Program-made: the position numbers and the translations under genes
Assembly: GCA_963734495.1 (NCBI GenBank)
Contig: CAVTHK010000001.1
Location: forward strand, 160,001 to 224,000
Origin: an uncultured Spirochaetota bacterium
GTDB taxonomy: Bacteria > Spirochaetota > Spirochaetia > SZUA-6 > CAVTHK01
Reading direction: 5' to 3'
Length of the DNA: 64,000 nucleotides
Shown here: positions 20,222 through 30,165 of the stretch, one piece after another
How the letters are laid out: the number at the start of each line of letters is the position of its first letter
Numbering within the stretch: position 1 is the stretch's first letter
The notes under the pieces: generated by a model
Seen by the model: only the letters and a program-made list of their open reading frames with translations
The model's database searches: none
Told to the model about the DNA's origin: nothing

Positions 20222-20293
20222 GTCGCAGCCTCCCGCCGCTAATCTATCTACATGACGGCCAGCGGGGCGAGAATGAGATGGGACAGGGGACGC

Positions 20294-20322
20294 TTGACGA
20301 GCGGCGCGGGGCGTGCGATAGT
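20294..20322 (+). promoter_or_regulatory. Sigma70-type promoter preceding a structured leader
   Basis: TTGACG-17 nt-GATAGT with TG extended -10. Confidence 0.5.
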
Positions 20323-20344
20323 GGCCCCGCTCGAACAGCCTATG

Positions 20345-20433
20345 CGCATGCCTCACGGTCGCCCGGCGACAGAAGGATCGGAGGCGTGCGGTCACAGTTG
20401 AACATGGTGGCCGTCCCTCTGGACGGCTTTTTT
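20345..20433 (+). ncRNA. Candidate attenuator/riboswitch leader or small RNA
   Basis: Three overlapping hairpins ending in GCCGTCC-ctct-GGACGGC-TTTTTT. Confidence 0.5.
20410..20433 (+). terminator. Intrinsic terminator
   Basis: Perfect 7-bp stem GCCGTCC/GGACGGC followed by T6. Confidence 0.8.
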
Positions 20434-20509
20434 ATTGCCCGGGCCGCGACGAGCAACCGCCGCGGACGGTAATCCAGGGTTCCCGCAGGGGCGGGAGAAG
20501 GAGGCGCGC

Positions 20510-20557
20510 ATGAACCACACTTCAGACAGGCCGGATCCCAAGAGGACCGGCGCTTAG
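20510..20557 (+). CDS. Putative 15-aa peptide MNHTSDRPDPKRTGA (or stub of a deleted gene)
   Basis: AGAAGGAGG Shine-Dalgarno 5 nt before ATG; followed by a terminator. Confidence 0.35.
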   Translation: MNHTSDRPDPKRTGA

Positions 20558-20574
20558 GCGTTCGAGCCTGAGCC

Positions 20575-20609
20575 GGGGCCGCTCCGCGAGGGGCGGCCCC
20601 TCTTTATTT
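20575..20609. terminator. GC-rich hairpin between convergent units
   Basis: GGGGCCGCTCC-GCGA-GGGGCGGCCCC followed by TCTTTATTT. Confidence 0.7.
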
Positions 20610-21029
20610 GACGATGTAGCTCCGGTGGGCCCGGTAGTGCTCGGCGCCGTCGTAGCGGGCGATGCGTTCGAGCGCCGCATTCCAGGCGCCGTCCGGAACC
20701 GACTCGATGAGGCGCACGCGCCGGTCAAAGGCCGCCTGCGCTCTCGCCCTCGCCTCCCCGAGACTGAGGCCGCTGTCCTCGCGCTGCCAGCGCGCGTTGA
20801 TCTCGTCGTCGCTGCCTGTGAGGGGAGCGAGCGGCGCGCCGCCGAGCATCGCCTCCAGCTCGTCCATGGAGCGGGTGAGCCATCGCGCAAGGTGGGCGTA
20901 CACGTCGCGGCTCGTCCACTGCCACGACGAAGCGGGGTCGTGGAGCACCTCCCGCGGATGCGCGTCCAGGACCGCGACGAGCTCGTCCCATGCTGCCCGG
21001 TCTTCGCGCAGCATCGCCTTGACGTCCAT
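20604..21029 (-). CDS. DinB/ClbS-like four-helix-bundle protein
   Basis: WTSRDVYAHLARW, DDEINARW, AEHYRAH; start overlaps the Crp stop. Confidence 0.7.
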   Translation of the reverse strand: MDVKAMLREDRAAWDELVAVLDAHPREVLHDPASSWQWTSRDVYAHLARWLTRSMDELEAMLGGAPLAPLTGSDDEINARWQREDSGLSLGEARARAQAAFDRRVRLIESVPDGAWNAALERIARYDGAEHYRAHRSYIVK

Positions 21030-21790
21030 CACAAAGCCCGTCCCTCCGATGCGGCTAGCCGGGCGATCTGCCCGCGGTCCCGCAGGCGGACCCACCGCCT
21101 GCCCGCTTCGATCCATCCATCGCGCTGGAGCCGGCTCAGCGTGCGGCTCACGGTTTCCGGAGTCGTCCCTGTCATGGCCGCCAGGTCTTCGCGCGAAAGC
21201 GGCGCCTGGATCAGGATGCCGGAGCTTCCACGTGTGCCGAGCTTGTCCGCGAGCTTGAGCAGCGCGTGGGAGATCCGCACCTCCGCCGTGCTCGCGCTCA
21301 GGTGCTGGATCGTCTCGTGCGCCGCCCGCAGCCGCTTGCGTGTGATCTCGAGCACGGCGAGGGCGACCTTGGGAAAGGTCTCCAGGACCCGCCGGAACTG
21401 CTGCGCCGAGATGGCGAGCAGGCAGCAGGCGGTGCGCGCGCGCACGATGTCCGGGTACGCGGCATCTCCGGCCGGCGAGAGGCTGCCGAAAAAGTCGCCG
21501 CGCGCGAGCACTTCCATCAGGACGTCCTGACCGGAAGGCATCGGGTGAACCACCACGAGCTTGCCCGCGGCGACGACGTACAGGTGCTCCACGGGCTTTC
21601 CGGCCATCACGACGATCCGGCCCGCCTCGAAGCCCGTATCCCTGAAGCTCGCGTCGATCCGGGCGATATCGCGCGCGCCGAGGCCGCGGAAGAACGGCAG
21701 GCCCTTCAGGATCTCGAGCCGCATCTCGGGCGTGCACGTCTCGGGCTCGATCGAATCGTTGTGCAGCGGGACACGGCGCCTGCTGTTCAT
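21029..21790 (-). CDS. Crp/Fnr-family transcriptional regulator
   Basis: LYVVAAGKL, GDFFG, LSREDLAAMTGTTPETVSRTLS helix-turn-helix. Confidence 0.92.
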   Translation of the reverse strand: MNSRRRVPLHNDSIEPETCTPEMRLEILKGLPFFRGLGARDIARIDASFRDTGFEAGRIVVMAGKPVEHLYVVAAGKLVVVHPMPSGQDVLMEVLARGDFFGSLSPAGDAAYPDIVRARTACCLLAISAQQFRRVLETFPKVALAVLEITRKRLRAAHETIQHLSASTAEVRISHALLKLADKLGTRGSSGILIQAPLSREDLAAMTGTTPETVSRTLSRLQRDGWIEAGRRWVRLRDRGQIARLAASEGRAL

Positions 21791-21826
21791 TCCGCCTCAT
21801 TATAGCCCGGGCAGCCGGCCCGTGCC

Positions 21827-23713
21827 TCAAGCCCTCAGCAGCCTCATCGCGTTCAGAATCACCAGGAACACCGAGCCTTCGTGGATCAGCATCCCCGAGG
21901 CCATGCGGACCTCCCCTATCATCACGCCTGCGAGCAGAAGCGCCACGGTGGCCAGGGCCAGCGCCGTGTTCTGCCTGATGACCCGCAGCGTGCGCCGCGA
22001 CAGGCGAACCGCTTCGGGGAGCTTGAGCAGGTCGTCGGTCATGAGGGCGATGTCCGCCGCCTCGATGGCCACGTCCGAGCCCGCGGCGCCGAGCGCGATC
22101 CCGACGTCCGCCTGCGCCAGGGCGGGGGCGTCGTTGACCCCGTCGCCCACCATGGCCACGGTCGTGCCCCTGCCCTGAAGATTCCGGATGGCTTCGAGCT
22201 TCTCTTCGGGGAGCAGCTCCGAGTGCACGGCGTCGACGCCGACCTGAGCGGCCACGGCCTCCGCGGTCTGGCGGTCGTCGCCGGTAAGCATGACGACGCG
22301 CGTGACCCCGGCTTTCCTGAGGCCCTCGACGGCGGCGCGCGCCGTGTCGCGGGTCGTGTCCGCGATTCCGAGGACCCCCGCCACATGGTTGTCTCTCGCG
22401 ACGAGCACCGAAGTCTTTCCCTGCCCCCTCATCCTGGCAAGCTCCGCGGACACCTCGCCGTTGAAAGAGATGCCGAGCTCCGCCATCAGCTTGCGGTTCC
22501 CGACCGCGACGCGGACTCCCTCGTGCTCCGCCACCACTCCCTTTCCGGGGAGGCTCTCGAACCGGCTGGGATGCGGGACGGGCCCGTGCTCCGCGGCCGC
22601 GCGCACGATCGGCGCCGCAAGCGGATGCTCCGAGACGACTTCTCCGATGCCCGCAAGACGCAGGAGCGCGCGCTGCGCGTCGCTCCACGGCGATGCTCCG
22701 CCCGCGGCGCCCACGACCGCCACGTCCGTCAGGCGCGGCTTGCCTGTGGTGAGCGTGCCGGTCTTGTCGAACGCCACGACGGAGATCCTGCCGGCCTTCT
22801 CCAGGTGCTCGCCTCCCTTGATGAGGATGCCCTTTCGGGCGGCGCGGCCGATCCCGGCCACGACCGCCACAGGGGTGGAGATCACCAGCGCGCCGGGGCA
22901 GCTGATTACGAGAAAGGTCAGCGCGAGCTCGACGTCGCGGGTGACGGCGAACGTGACGGCGCTCGCGGCCACGATGAGCGGCGTGTACCAGCGGGCGAAC
23001 CGCTCGATGAGCTTCTGCGTCGGCGCCCTGGCTTCCTGCGCCTCCTCCACCCGGCGGATGACGCGCGCGAGGGTGGTGTCCGCCCCCACCCCTTCGGCCC
23101 GGACGTACAGCGCGCCGCCGTGCACGATCGTGCCCGCGTACACGCGCGAGCCCGCGGCCTTGTCCTCGGGCATCGGCTCGCCTGTGATCGTGCTCTCGTC
23201 GACGGCGGCGCTGCCGCGCAGCACCTCGCCGTCCACGGGTATCCGCTGCCCCGGCCTGATCACGACGGTCTCGCCGCGGCCCACCTCGCCCGGCGCCACC
23301 GACACCTCGCGGCCGTCACGCAGCACGGCGGCCGACTGCGGCACGAGGTCGATGAGCGTGCGCAGCTCGCGCCGCGTCCTCTCGAGGGTGCGCGCCTCCA
23401 GGTAAGCCCCCAGGACAAAAAGGAAGGTCACCGCGGCCGCCTCCCAGTACTCGCCGATGGCGATCGCTCCGGCGGTGGCGATCGTCACGAGCAGCTCGAT
23501 GCCGATCTGCCTGCGGGCGAGGGCGCGCACGCCACGGACCGCGATGTCGGAGCCGGCGAGCACGGCAGCGGAGACCATGAGGGCGTCGTGGGCCGCGTGC
23601 AGCCCGGCGAGGTGCTTTGCCGCGAGCCCCGCGAGCACGAGCGCCGCGTCGAATGCCGCGAGCGCGCCTTTGCTGCGCCGCAGGCGTCCGATGGCGGCCT
23701 TCACTTTGTTCAT
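21827..23713 (-). CDS. Heavy-metal P1B-type ATPase (P1B-4-like)
   Basis: TGE, SCPGAL, DKTGTLT, SEHPL, TGDD, GDGVNDAP and HEGS motifs; start MNKVK with GAGGAGG RBS. Confidence 0.93.
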   Translation of the reverse strand: MNKVKAAIGRLRRSKGALAAFDAALVLAGLAAKHLAGLHAAHDALMVSAAVLAGSDIAVRGVRALARRQIGIELLVTIATAGAIAIGEYWEAAAVTFLFVLGAYLEARTLERTRRELRTLIDLVPQSAAVLRDGREVSVAPGEVGRGETVVIRPGQRIPVDGEVLRGSAAVDESTITGEPMPEDKAAGSRVYAGTIVHGGALYVRAEGVGADTTLARVIRRVEEAQEARAPTQKLIERFARWYTPLIVAASAVTFAVTRDVELALTFLVISCPGALVISTPVAVVAGIGRAARKGILIKGGEHLEKAGRISVVAFDKTGTLTTGKPRLTDVAVVGAAGGASPWSDAQRALLRLAGIGEVVSEHPLAAPIVRAAAEHGPVPHPSRFESLPGKGVVAEHEGVRVAVGNRKLMAELGISFNGEVSAELARMRGQGKTSVLVARDNHVAGVLGIADTTRDTARAAVEGLRKAGVTRVVMLTGDDRQTAEAVAAQVGVDAVHSELLPEEKLEAIRNLQGRGTTVAMVGDGVNDAPALAQADVGIALGAAGSDVAIEAADIALMTDDLLKLPEAVRLSRRTLRVIRQNTALALATVALLLAGVMIGEVRMASGMLIHEGSVFLVILNAMRLLRA

Positions 23714-23726
23714 CTTGTCCCTCCTC

Positions 23727-23942
23727 TCACACAGGCGAGACGCGGGCTTCGTAGCCGGTCGACCGGACCTTTTTTGCGAGCGCCTCGGGCACGACGGCGT
23801 CGCGGTCGTGCTCGACCTCGATCCGCCCCGTGGCAAAGTGGACCTTCGCCTCGCTCACGCCCGGCACCGCTTTGAGCGCGGACTCGATCTTGAGCACGCA
23901 GGACGGGCAGGTGAGCTCTTCGCTTCTCAGGATGGTCTTCAT
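23727..23942 (-). CDS. HMA-domain metallochaperone
   Basis: ELTCPSCVLKIESALKAVPGV; 71 aa. Confidence 0.9.
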   Translation of the reverse strand: MKTILRSEELTCPSCVLKIESALKAVPGVSEAKVHFATGRIEVEHDRDAVVPEALAKKVRSTGYEARVSPV

Positions 23943-24001
23943 CGCGTTCCCTCCTCGAAAGGATTCTGCGTACAGGGTAAACAGCGACGCGCATCGCGAA
24001 C

Positions 24002-24015
24002 ATGATCCAGATCAG
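24002..24015. promoter_or_regulatory. FNR-like box upstream of the HMA-ATPase-Crp operon
   Basis: aTGAT-ccag-ATCAg versus FNR consensus TTGAT-N4-ATCAA, about 60 bp before the HMA start. Confidence 0.55.
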
Positions 24016-24089
24016 ATAAGCGCAGGAAGCCAGGGCGCCGATCGTGCGCGCGGCCGCCACGGTCCGCCCGTCGCGGCGGCGCAGTGCCC

Positions 24090-27000
24090 TCAGAGCGGCG
24101 GTCCGCCCGACAGGCGCTCGGCGGCCGCGGCGATGTAGGGGACGAGCAGGTCGTTCCGGTGCGTCCCCGTGCCGTCGTAGGTCAGGGTGACCACGGGCAC
24201 GCCAGTGACCTCTGCGATCCGCTGCGACTGCGCCTCCGTGACCAGCGCCGGACAGCAGAACGAAGGCCCCGCCTGCACGAAGAGCGCGAGGTCGCGGTGC
24301 CGCGCGAGCAGGTGGCGCACCTTGAGGATGTTGTCGAAGGACTCGCCGTCGTGCTCGAGCCGGACGTCCAGCGCGCTCAGCGCCTTCTCGTCGATGGCGC
24401 CTTCGGCGGTCCAGGGCCCGAGCAGCGGCTCGAACAGCCGGCCGTACGGCCGGGAGAACGCGCGCATCGCCGCAAGCAGGGCGCTGTTGGCCGCCACGCG
24501 CAGAAGGTGGCCTTCGTGCAGCCAACGGCGGAAATAGGACCCGGCGACGATCTCGACGTACTCGGTGTAGGGCGTGGTCACCACCTCGCCCCCCGCGGCT
24601 TCGATGCTCCGGACCAGGTCCTGGTTCATCACGTCGTTGTCGCGGACGTACAGGTCCCCGAAGATGGCCACCTTGGGCTTCCGACCGTCCCGATCCCAGT
24701 CGAGGACCCCGAACCTCCGGGCCACGTCTCTCCACCGTGCTGTCCAGGGCCGCGCGCCCCGCGAACGCCTCGACGAGAGCCGCGTGGCTCTCCCGCACAG
24801 CCCGATCGGTGTCGCCCGTCGCTCGCTCGTGCGGACGGATCCGGCACGCCAGACGCCTGAGTATCCCGCCGATCAGGTACGCGAGATAGGTGTCGATGCT
24901 CGCCCTCAGCGAGAACTCCACGTTGGTCAGGTTCCCCGCGTACACCGCGACTTCGCCCAGCCCTTCACGCTCGAGCATCGTCTTGATGAAGTGGGCGAAG
25001 AGCCCGAAGTTGCAGGCCACCGTTCCCGTCATCATCCACACAGCCGTGCGCGCCGGGTCGAGACTCTCCCGCCGGATCGTCTCGTTGCACTCCTGGACGA
25101 TGATGCTGAGCGGCAGACACTGGCCGCTGTTGATGAGCATGCTTCGCCGGATGGCCTCCGCGTCCTCGCTGAGGAGCCGCGCGTCGACTCCGGCGCGGCG
25201 CAGCGCGGCCGAGAGGAGCGGGTGGACCAGAGGGTCCCAAAGCGGCAGCAGGAGCACGCGCCCATCCAGGCTGCGACACAGCCTGGGCGCGACGGGAAGC
25301 GCGGCGCGCCGCCCGTCGGGCACCGGCCGGGCCGCGGCGTGGTTGCGGAAGGCGCGGACCGCGGCCTCGATCCTGGTCTCGTAGCCGACCGACGAGTCGT
25401 GATCATCGAGCTGGAGGATGAGGTAGGGCTTGGCCGCGCGCTGCATGATCCGCTCGAAGTACTCGATGAGCATCGAGTCCGGCGTGCACTTGAACGAGGT
25501 GACGAGCACGGGGTAGAGACCCGGCATCGAGGCCGCCCGGGCCGCCGCGTCCACGATCTCGGCGGCGTAGTTCCAGTGCAGCGCCCGCAGGAGCTCGCCC
25601 GTCTCGGCATCCGGCTCCGCCGCGGGGATCATGTCCTCCGAGAACGTCCTGATGCCGAGGGAATCGAAGATGCCGGGGATCCCCTTGTTCATGCCGGGCG
25701 AGAGGACCGTATACGGTCTGCCCAGCAGAACCACGGCCACGTCGCCCTGGGTCTCCTGGCAAAACAGGTGCGGCAGGTCGTCGCGCCGCCGGCGGAACCA
25801 GCGCAGCGCCTCCTCGAGCGCGGCCGCGACGCGCCGGCGCGAAAGGCCCGGGACGAGCGCGCCGAGCGCGCGGGTGAGCTCCGCGATCGTGGCGCGCGGA
25901 ATCGTGCGGCCGGGCAGGACGCCGGAGAGACGGACCAGCGGCATGAGGAGCCGCTCGCGGAAGCGGCCGCCGGCCATGGCGGCAACCACGGAGGGCCCGA
26001 ACTGGGTGTAGTAGCAGTACTGGCGCACGCGCCCGGCGCGGCCTTCGATGCCTTCCAGATAGATGGGAAGGAAGACGAAGTCTGCCTGCTCGCAGAGCCG
26101 GGCCGCCTGCCCGTGCAGCGCCGCCATTGGCGCGCAGAACTCCGCCCCGGCCAGGCGCTTGCCTTCGGCGAGGTCCTCGGGGCCGAGCTCCGAAGTGACG
26201 ACGGGGATCCCCAGCGCGCGGAAGAACCTCCTCCACAGGGGCAGGTGCTCGGCCATGGGAAGCGCGGCCGGCAGACCGACGGACGGTCGGCGCGGCGCCG
26301 CATCGGGAGGCTCGTCGGCCCCGGCGAACGCCCGCCTGTGCGCCTCGACGAGGTCCAGCCCTGCGCCCCGCGCGACGCGCCTGCGCGTCTGGTAGTCCCG
26401 GCCGCAAAGAAAGCCGTAGGCGACCTCGCGGCCGGCAACCGTTGCCACGCGCAGGGAGCAGCGGTTGCGGCAGAGTCCGCAGGTTTCGGCGCGGATCGGG
26501 ATATCCGATTCGGCCAGGCCGAAGCCGCGAAAGGCGGTGCTCGCCGGCAGGTCCTCCAGCACGGTCAGTGCCGCGCCGTGAGCCCCGGCCAGGTGGCAGG
26601 TGCGCGCGACGCGGATCCTGCGGCCCAGCTTCTGCTCGAACGCCGCGACCAGGGCGCGATTCCTGGCAGTCGCGCCCTGAAAGCAGATGTTGCCGCCCAG
26701 CTCTCTGCCTGCCACCTTGCTCAGGTAGTTCTCCCGCACGGCGTGCAGGACGGCAGCGAGGATCTCCTCGGTCCGGAAGCCCTGCGCGACGAGCTCGTGC
26801 ACGTCGCGCTCCATGAACACCGTGCAGCGGTCGCTGGCGAGGGGCGCCTGCACTCCCTCCGCCAGCCGGTAGTCGGCCAGCGAGCACCCGAGATTGCCCG
26901 CCTGCTCCTCCAGAAAGCTCCCGGTCCCGGCGGCGCAGACCATGTTCATCCGCGCAAACGTCACGTGGCCGTCGCTCAAGGTCGTGAACTTGCTGTCCTG

Positions 27001-28293
27001 GCCGCCGATCTCGATGATCGTGTCCACGCCGGGGTCCAGCGCCACGGCGGCGCGGGCATGGGCCGAGATCTCGTCGAGAACCAGGTCCGCCCCGATGATC
27101 GCCCCGACCAGCTTGCGGCCGGATCCCGTGGTCGCGGCGGCGGCGATGCGAAACGCGCGACCCTCGCGGACCTCGAGGTCGCGTGCCGCCTCGAACAGCG
27201 CCTGAGTTGCCGCCACGGGCGCGCCCGCGGTCATGGTGTACAGGCCGGCGATGACAGCGCCGTCGAGGCCGACGATCGTCGCCTTCGTGCTCGTCGAGCC
27301 GATGTCGATGCCGAGGACGGCACCCGCGCTCGCATCGGGATCGCCGAAGACCTCCACCTCGACCGCGCGGCCGCGCCTGTCCGACCGGTAGTCGTCGATG
27401 CGGCCGCTCGCGAAGTCAGGGTAGTCCGAAGCGGGAAGGCCGAGGGGCGGGTAAAGCGTCGTCTCGCGCCGCCCGCTTTCGCGGAACAGCGCCTCGGGGT
27501 CATCGAGGGACACCGCCGGCTCGGGCGGGAGACTCCTCAGGGCGTGCAGCGCCGCGCCATGGGCCGCATACAGGGGGCCCTCGTCATCGACCACGAGATC
27601 GGTGCCCAGCAGCCGGGACAGATGCCGCGCCACGGCGCGATTCCTGGCCACTCCGCCGCAAAGCGCCACCGGGCCGTCAGGCAGCGATCCCCCGAAGACG
27701 GCGTCCACGATGCTCTGCGCCAGGCCCGCGCACAGCCCGTCGCAGATCTCGGCGAGGCTGTAGCCTTCCTGCTGAGCGTGGATCAGGTCGGTGCGGGCAA
27801 AGACCGCGCAGCGGCTCGCGATCCGGGGAACGCGGCCGCCGCTGCTCTGCGCGGCCTCGGCCAGGTCGCCCACGGAGTCCAGCCCGAGCCGCCTCGCCTG
27901 CTGGTCGAGAAAGCTGCCTGTCCCGGCCGCGCACGACGAGTTGGCCGCGGTCCCGCGATAGCCCCCGCGGCTGTCGAGATCGATCCGGCCAAAGCGCTCC
28001 GCCCCGACCACGAGGATCGAGCGCACGCCGGGATGCCGGCGCCGGACCGCCTCGATGGTCGCGATCTGCCCGTCGACGCGGGGGCCGCGGACGACGTGGG
28101 GCGTGCCCGCCGTGCACGCAACCCGTGCGCGGCCCGCGCCGATCGACTCCAGGGCGGCGCGGACGCTTTCGCGGACGCGGCCGCGATGAGGCATGTAGGC
28201 CGAGTCGAGCAGCGTGCCGTCGCTCGCGACGCGCGCGACTGCCACGGTGGCGGACCCGACGTCGATTCCGACCATGTCCAGCTGATCCGCCAT
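24090..28293 (-). CDS. Multidomain acyl-CoA dehydratase activase (two BadF/HgdC ATPase domains plus DUF2229-like region); frameshift near 24730
   Basis: GIDVGS, CAAGTGSFLDQQA, SRCAVF; GIDIGSTSTK, TGSGR, EIGGQDSK, CAAGTGSFLEEQA, DRCTVF; AEFCAP, SFKCTPDS, GQCLP; C-terminal PSFCCP in ORF 24090-24725. Confidence 0.88.
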
Positions 28294-28455
28294 GAGGCCT
28301 CTTGACTCGAGTATACGAGATCGCAGGCGCAAAATGGGCGGCCGCGCGGCGACGGTCAAAGCGGCCGGCGAGAAGCTTGCGCCGGCGGAGCCTCCACGGG
28401 ATACTAGGTCGCTACGCGCCGCCTGGACCCCGGGGCCGCGCACGAGGAGGCAGTC

Positions 28456-30135
28456 ATGGAAGTCGAGACCAACGTGACGCAGGCGCAGATCGAGGAGTAC
28501 ACGCGGCTGGGCTTCTGGGACCGGTGGACGCTCTGCGACTACATCAAGCGCTGGGGCGCGGCCCTCCCGGACAAGGTGGCGCTGGTCGATCGCAGGAAGA
28601 GGCTCACGTGGTCCCAGTACCGCCTGATGATGGACCGCATGGCTCTTCATTTCCTCGACCTGGGCATAGGCCACGGCGACCTGGTGATCGCCCAGATCCC
28701 CAACTCCGTCGAGGCCGTGGTCATCGAGTTCGCGCTGGCGCGCATCGGCGCCTGCGTCGTGCCCCTGCCCATGCCGTGGCGGGAGCACGAGCTGGATTTC
28801 GTGGTGAGCCAGACCGAGGCGTCGGCCCTGATCACGGTGGCCGAGTACCAGGGCTTCGATCACCTGGCCATGGCGAAGAACCTGCAGACCCGCCACGCGA
28901 GCGTCCGCCGGATCATGCTGCTGGGCGCGCCCGCGGACGGCGCGGTGTCGCTCACCGATCGCTGGGACAACCCCATCGAGGAGCAGCATCCCGAGGAGTA
29001 CCTGGACCGCAACTGCAGGGTCGACGCCAACCTGCCGCTGACCATGTGCTACACGTCCGGCACGGAAGCCCAGCCCAAGGGCTGCCCGAGGACCCACAAC
29101 CACTGGAAGTGCTTCGAGCGCTCGGGGTTCTTCCATCACCTCATGCAGAACATCGACGACCGCGTGGTCATGGCGCTGCCCTGGTTCAACCTCTTCGGCC
29201 AGTGCATCGGAATCCTGTCCATGGCCATGCTGGGAGGCACCCTGATCCTGCTGGACGGCTTCAACCCGGCCGTGATGGCCCAGACCATCGCCCAGGAGAA
29301 GGCCACCGTCTACGCCGGCGTGCCGGCAATGCACATCGCGCTGCTGAACTACCCCAAGCTCGGCGACTACGACCTGTCGTCGCTGCGGGCCGTGGCCAGC
29401 GGCGGGGCCCCCTGTCCCGTGGCGGTGATCGAGAGGATGATGAAGACCTACGGCTGCCTGATCTGGAACGGCTTCGGCTCCAACGAGGGCTACCTCAACG
29501 TGACGGAGCTCGGGATGGCGCCGCAGCTCGTATCGACCACCATGGGGATCCGCCAGCTTTACAGCGAGATCAAGATCGTCGACAAAGACGGCAACCGACT
29601 CGGCGTCGGCGAGATCGGCGAGTTCTGCCAGAAGGCTCCCTTCATCATGGCCGGCTATTTCAAGCGCCCTGACCTGAACAAGAAGAAGTGGGACAACGAA
29701 GGCTTCTACCACAGCGGCGACGGCGCCTTTATCGACCAGGACGGCTACTATCACTTCGTCAGCCGCATTGCCGACATCATCATCCGCTCGGGAATGAACA
29801 TCAGCGCCGAAGACGTCGAGAGCGTGCTCTACAGGCACCCCAAGGTGCTCAACGCGGCGGTCGTCGGCATGCCCGCCCAGCTGCTGGGCGAGCGGGTCTG
29901 CGCCTACGTCGAGCTCAAGGAAGGCGTGGAGACCTTGACCAAGAAAGAGGCTTGGGAGCTGATGGAGTCGGAGAAGGTGGCCCGCTACAAGTGGCCGGAT
30001 CGCGTGGAGATCATCAAGGCCCTGCCCCGCACGCCCACGGGCAAGGTGATCAAGAACCTGCTGCGCAAACAGATCGCCGAGAAGCTCGCGGCCGAGCGGG
30101 CGCAGAGAGGCTCGCAGGACGACGACGAAGCATAG
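28456..30135 (+). CDS. AMP-binding acyl/aryl-CoA ligase
   Basis: YTSGTEAQPKG, FGSNEG, FYHSGD, RIADIIIRSGMNI, LPRTPTGKV. Confidence 0.92.
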   Translation: MEVETNVTQAQIEEYTRLGFWDRWTLCDYIKRWGAALPDKVALVDRRKRLTWSQYRLMMDRMALHFLDLGIGHGDLVIAQIPNSVEAVVIEFALARIGACVVPLPMPWREHELDFVVSQTEASALITVAEYQGFDHLAMAKNLQTRHASVRRIMLLGAPADGAVSLTDRWDNPIEEQHPEEYLDRNCRVDANLPLTMCYTSGTEAQPKGCPRTHNHWKCFERSGFFHHLMQNIDDRVVMALPWFNLFGQCIGILSMAMLGGTLILLDGFNPAVMAQTIAQEKATVYAGVPAMHIALLNYPKLGDYDLSSLRAVASGGAPCPVAVIERMMKTYGCLIWNGFGSNEGYLNVTELGMAPQLVSTTMGIRQLYSEIKIVDKDGNRLGVGEIGEFCQKAPFIMAGYFKRPDLNKKKWDNEGFYHSGDGAFIDQDGYYHFVSRIADIIIRSGMNISAEDVESVLYRHPKVLNAAVVGMPAQLLGERVCAYVELKEGVETLTKKEAWELMESEKVARYKWPDRVEIIKALPRTPTGKVIKNLLRKQIAEKLAAERAQRGSQDDDEA

Positions 30136-30165
30136 ACCGGGCGCGGATCGCCGCGGCCGCGGCTC

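Noticed and set aside
20474-20496. CCAGGGTTCC resembling the start of a ykkC/guanidine-I motif
   Set aside because: Remaining conserved elements not found; too short
28294-29838. N-terminal extension of the 2042-aa minus ORF
   Set aside because: Antisense to the CoA ligase; the activase starts at MADQLD (28293)
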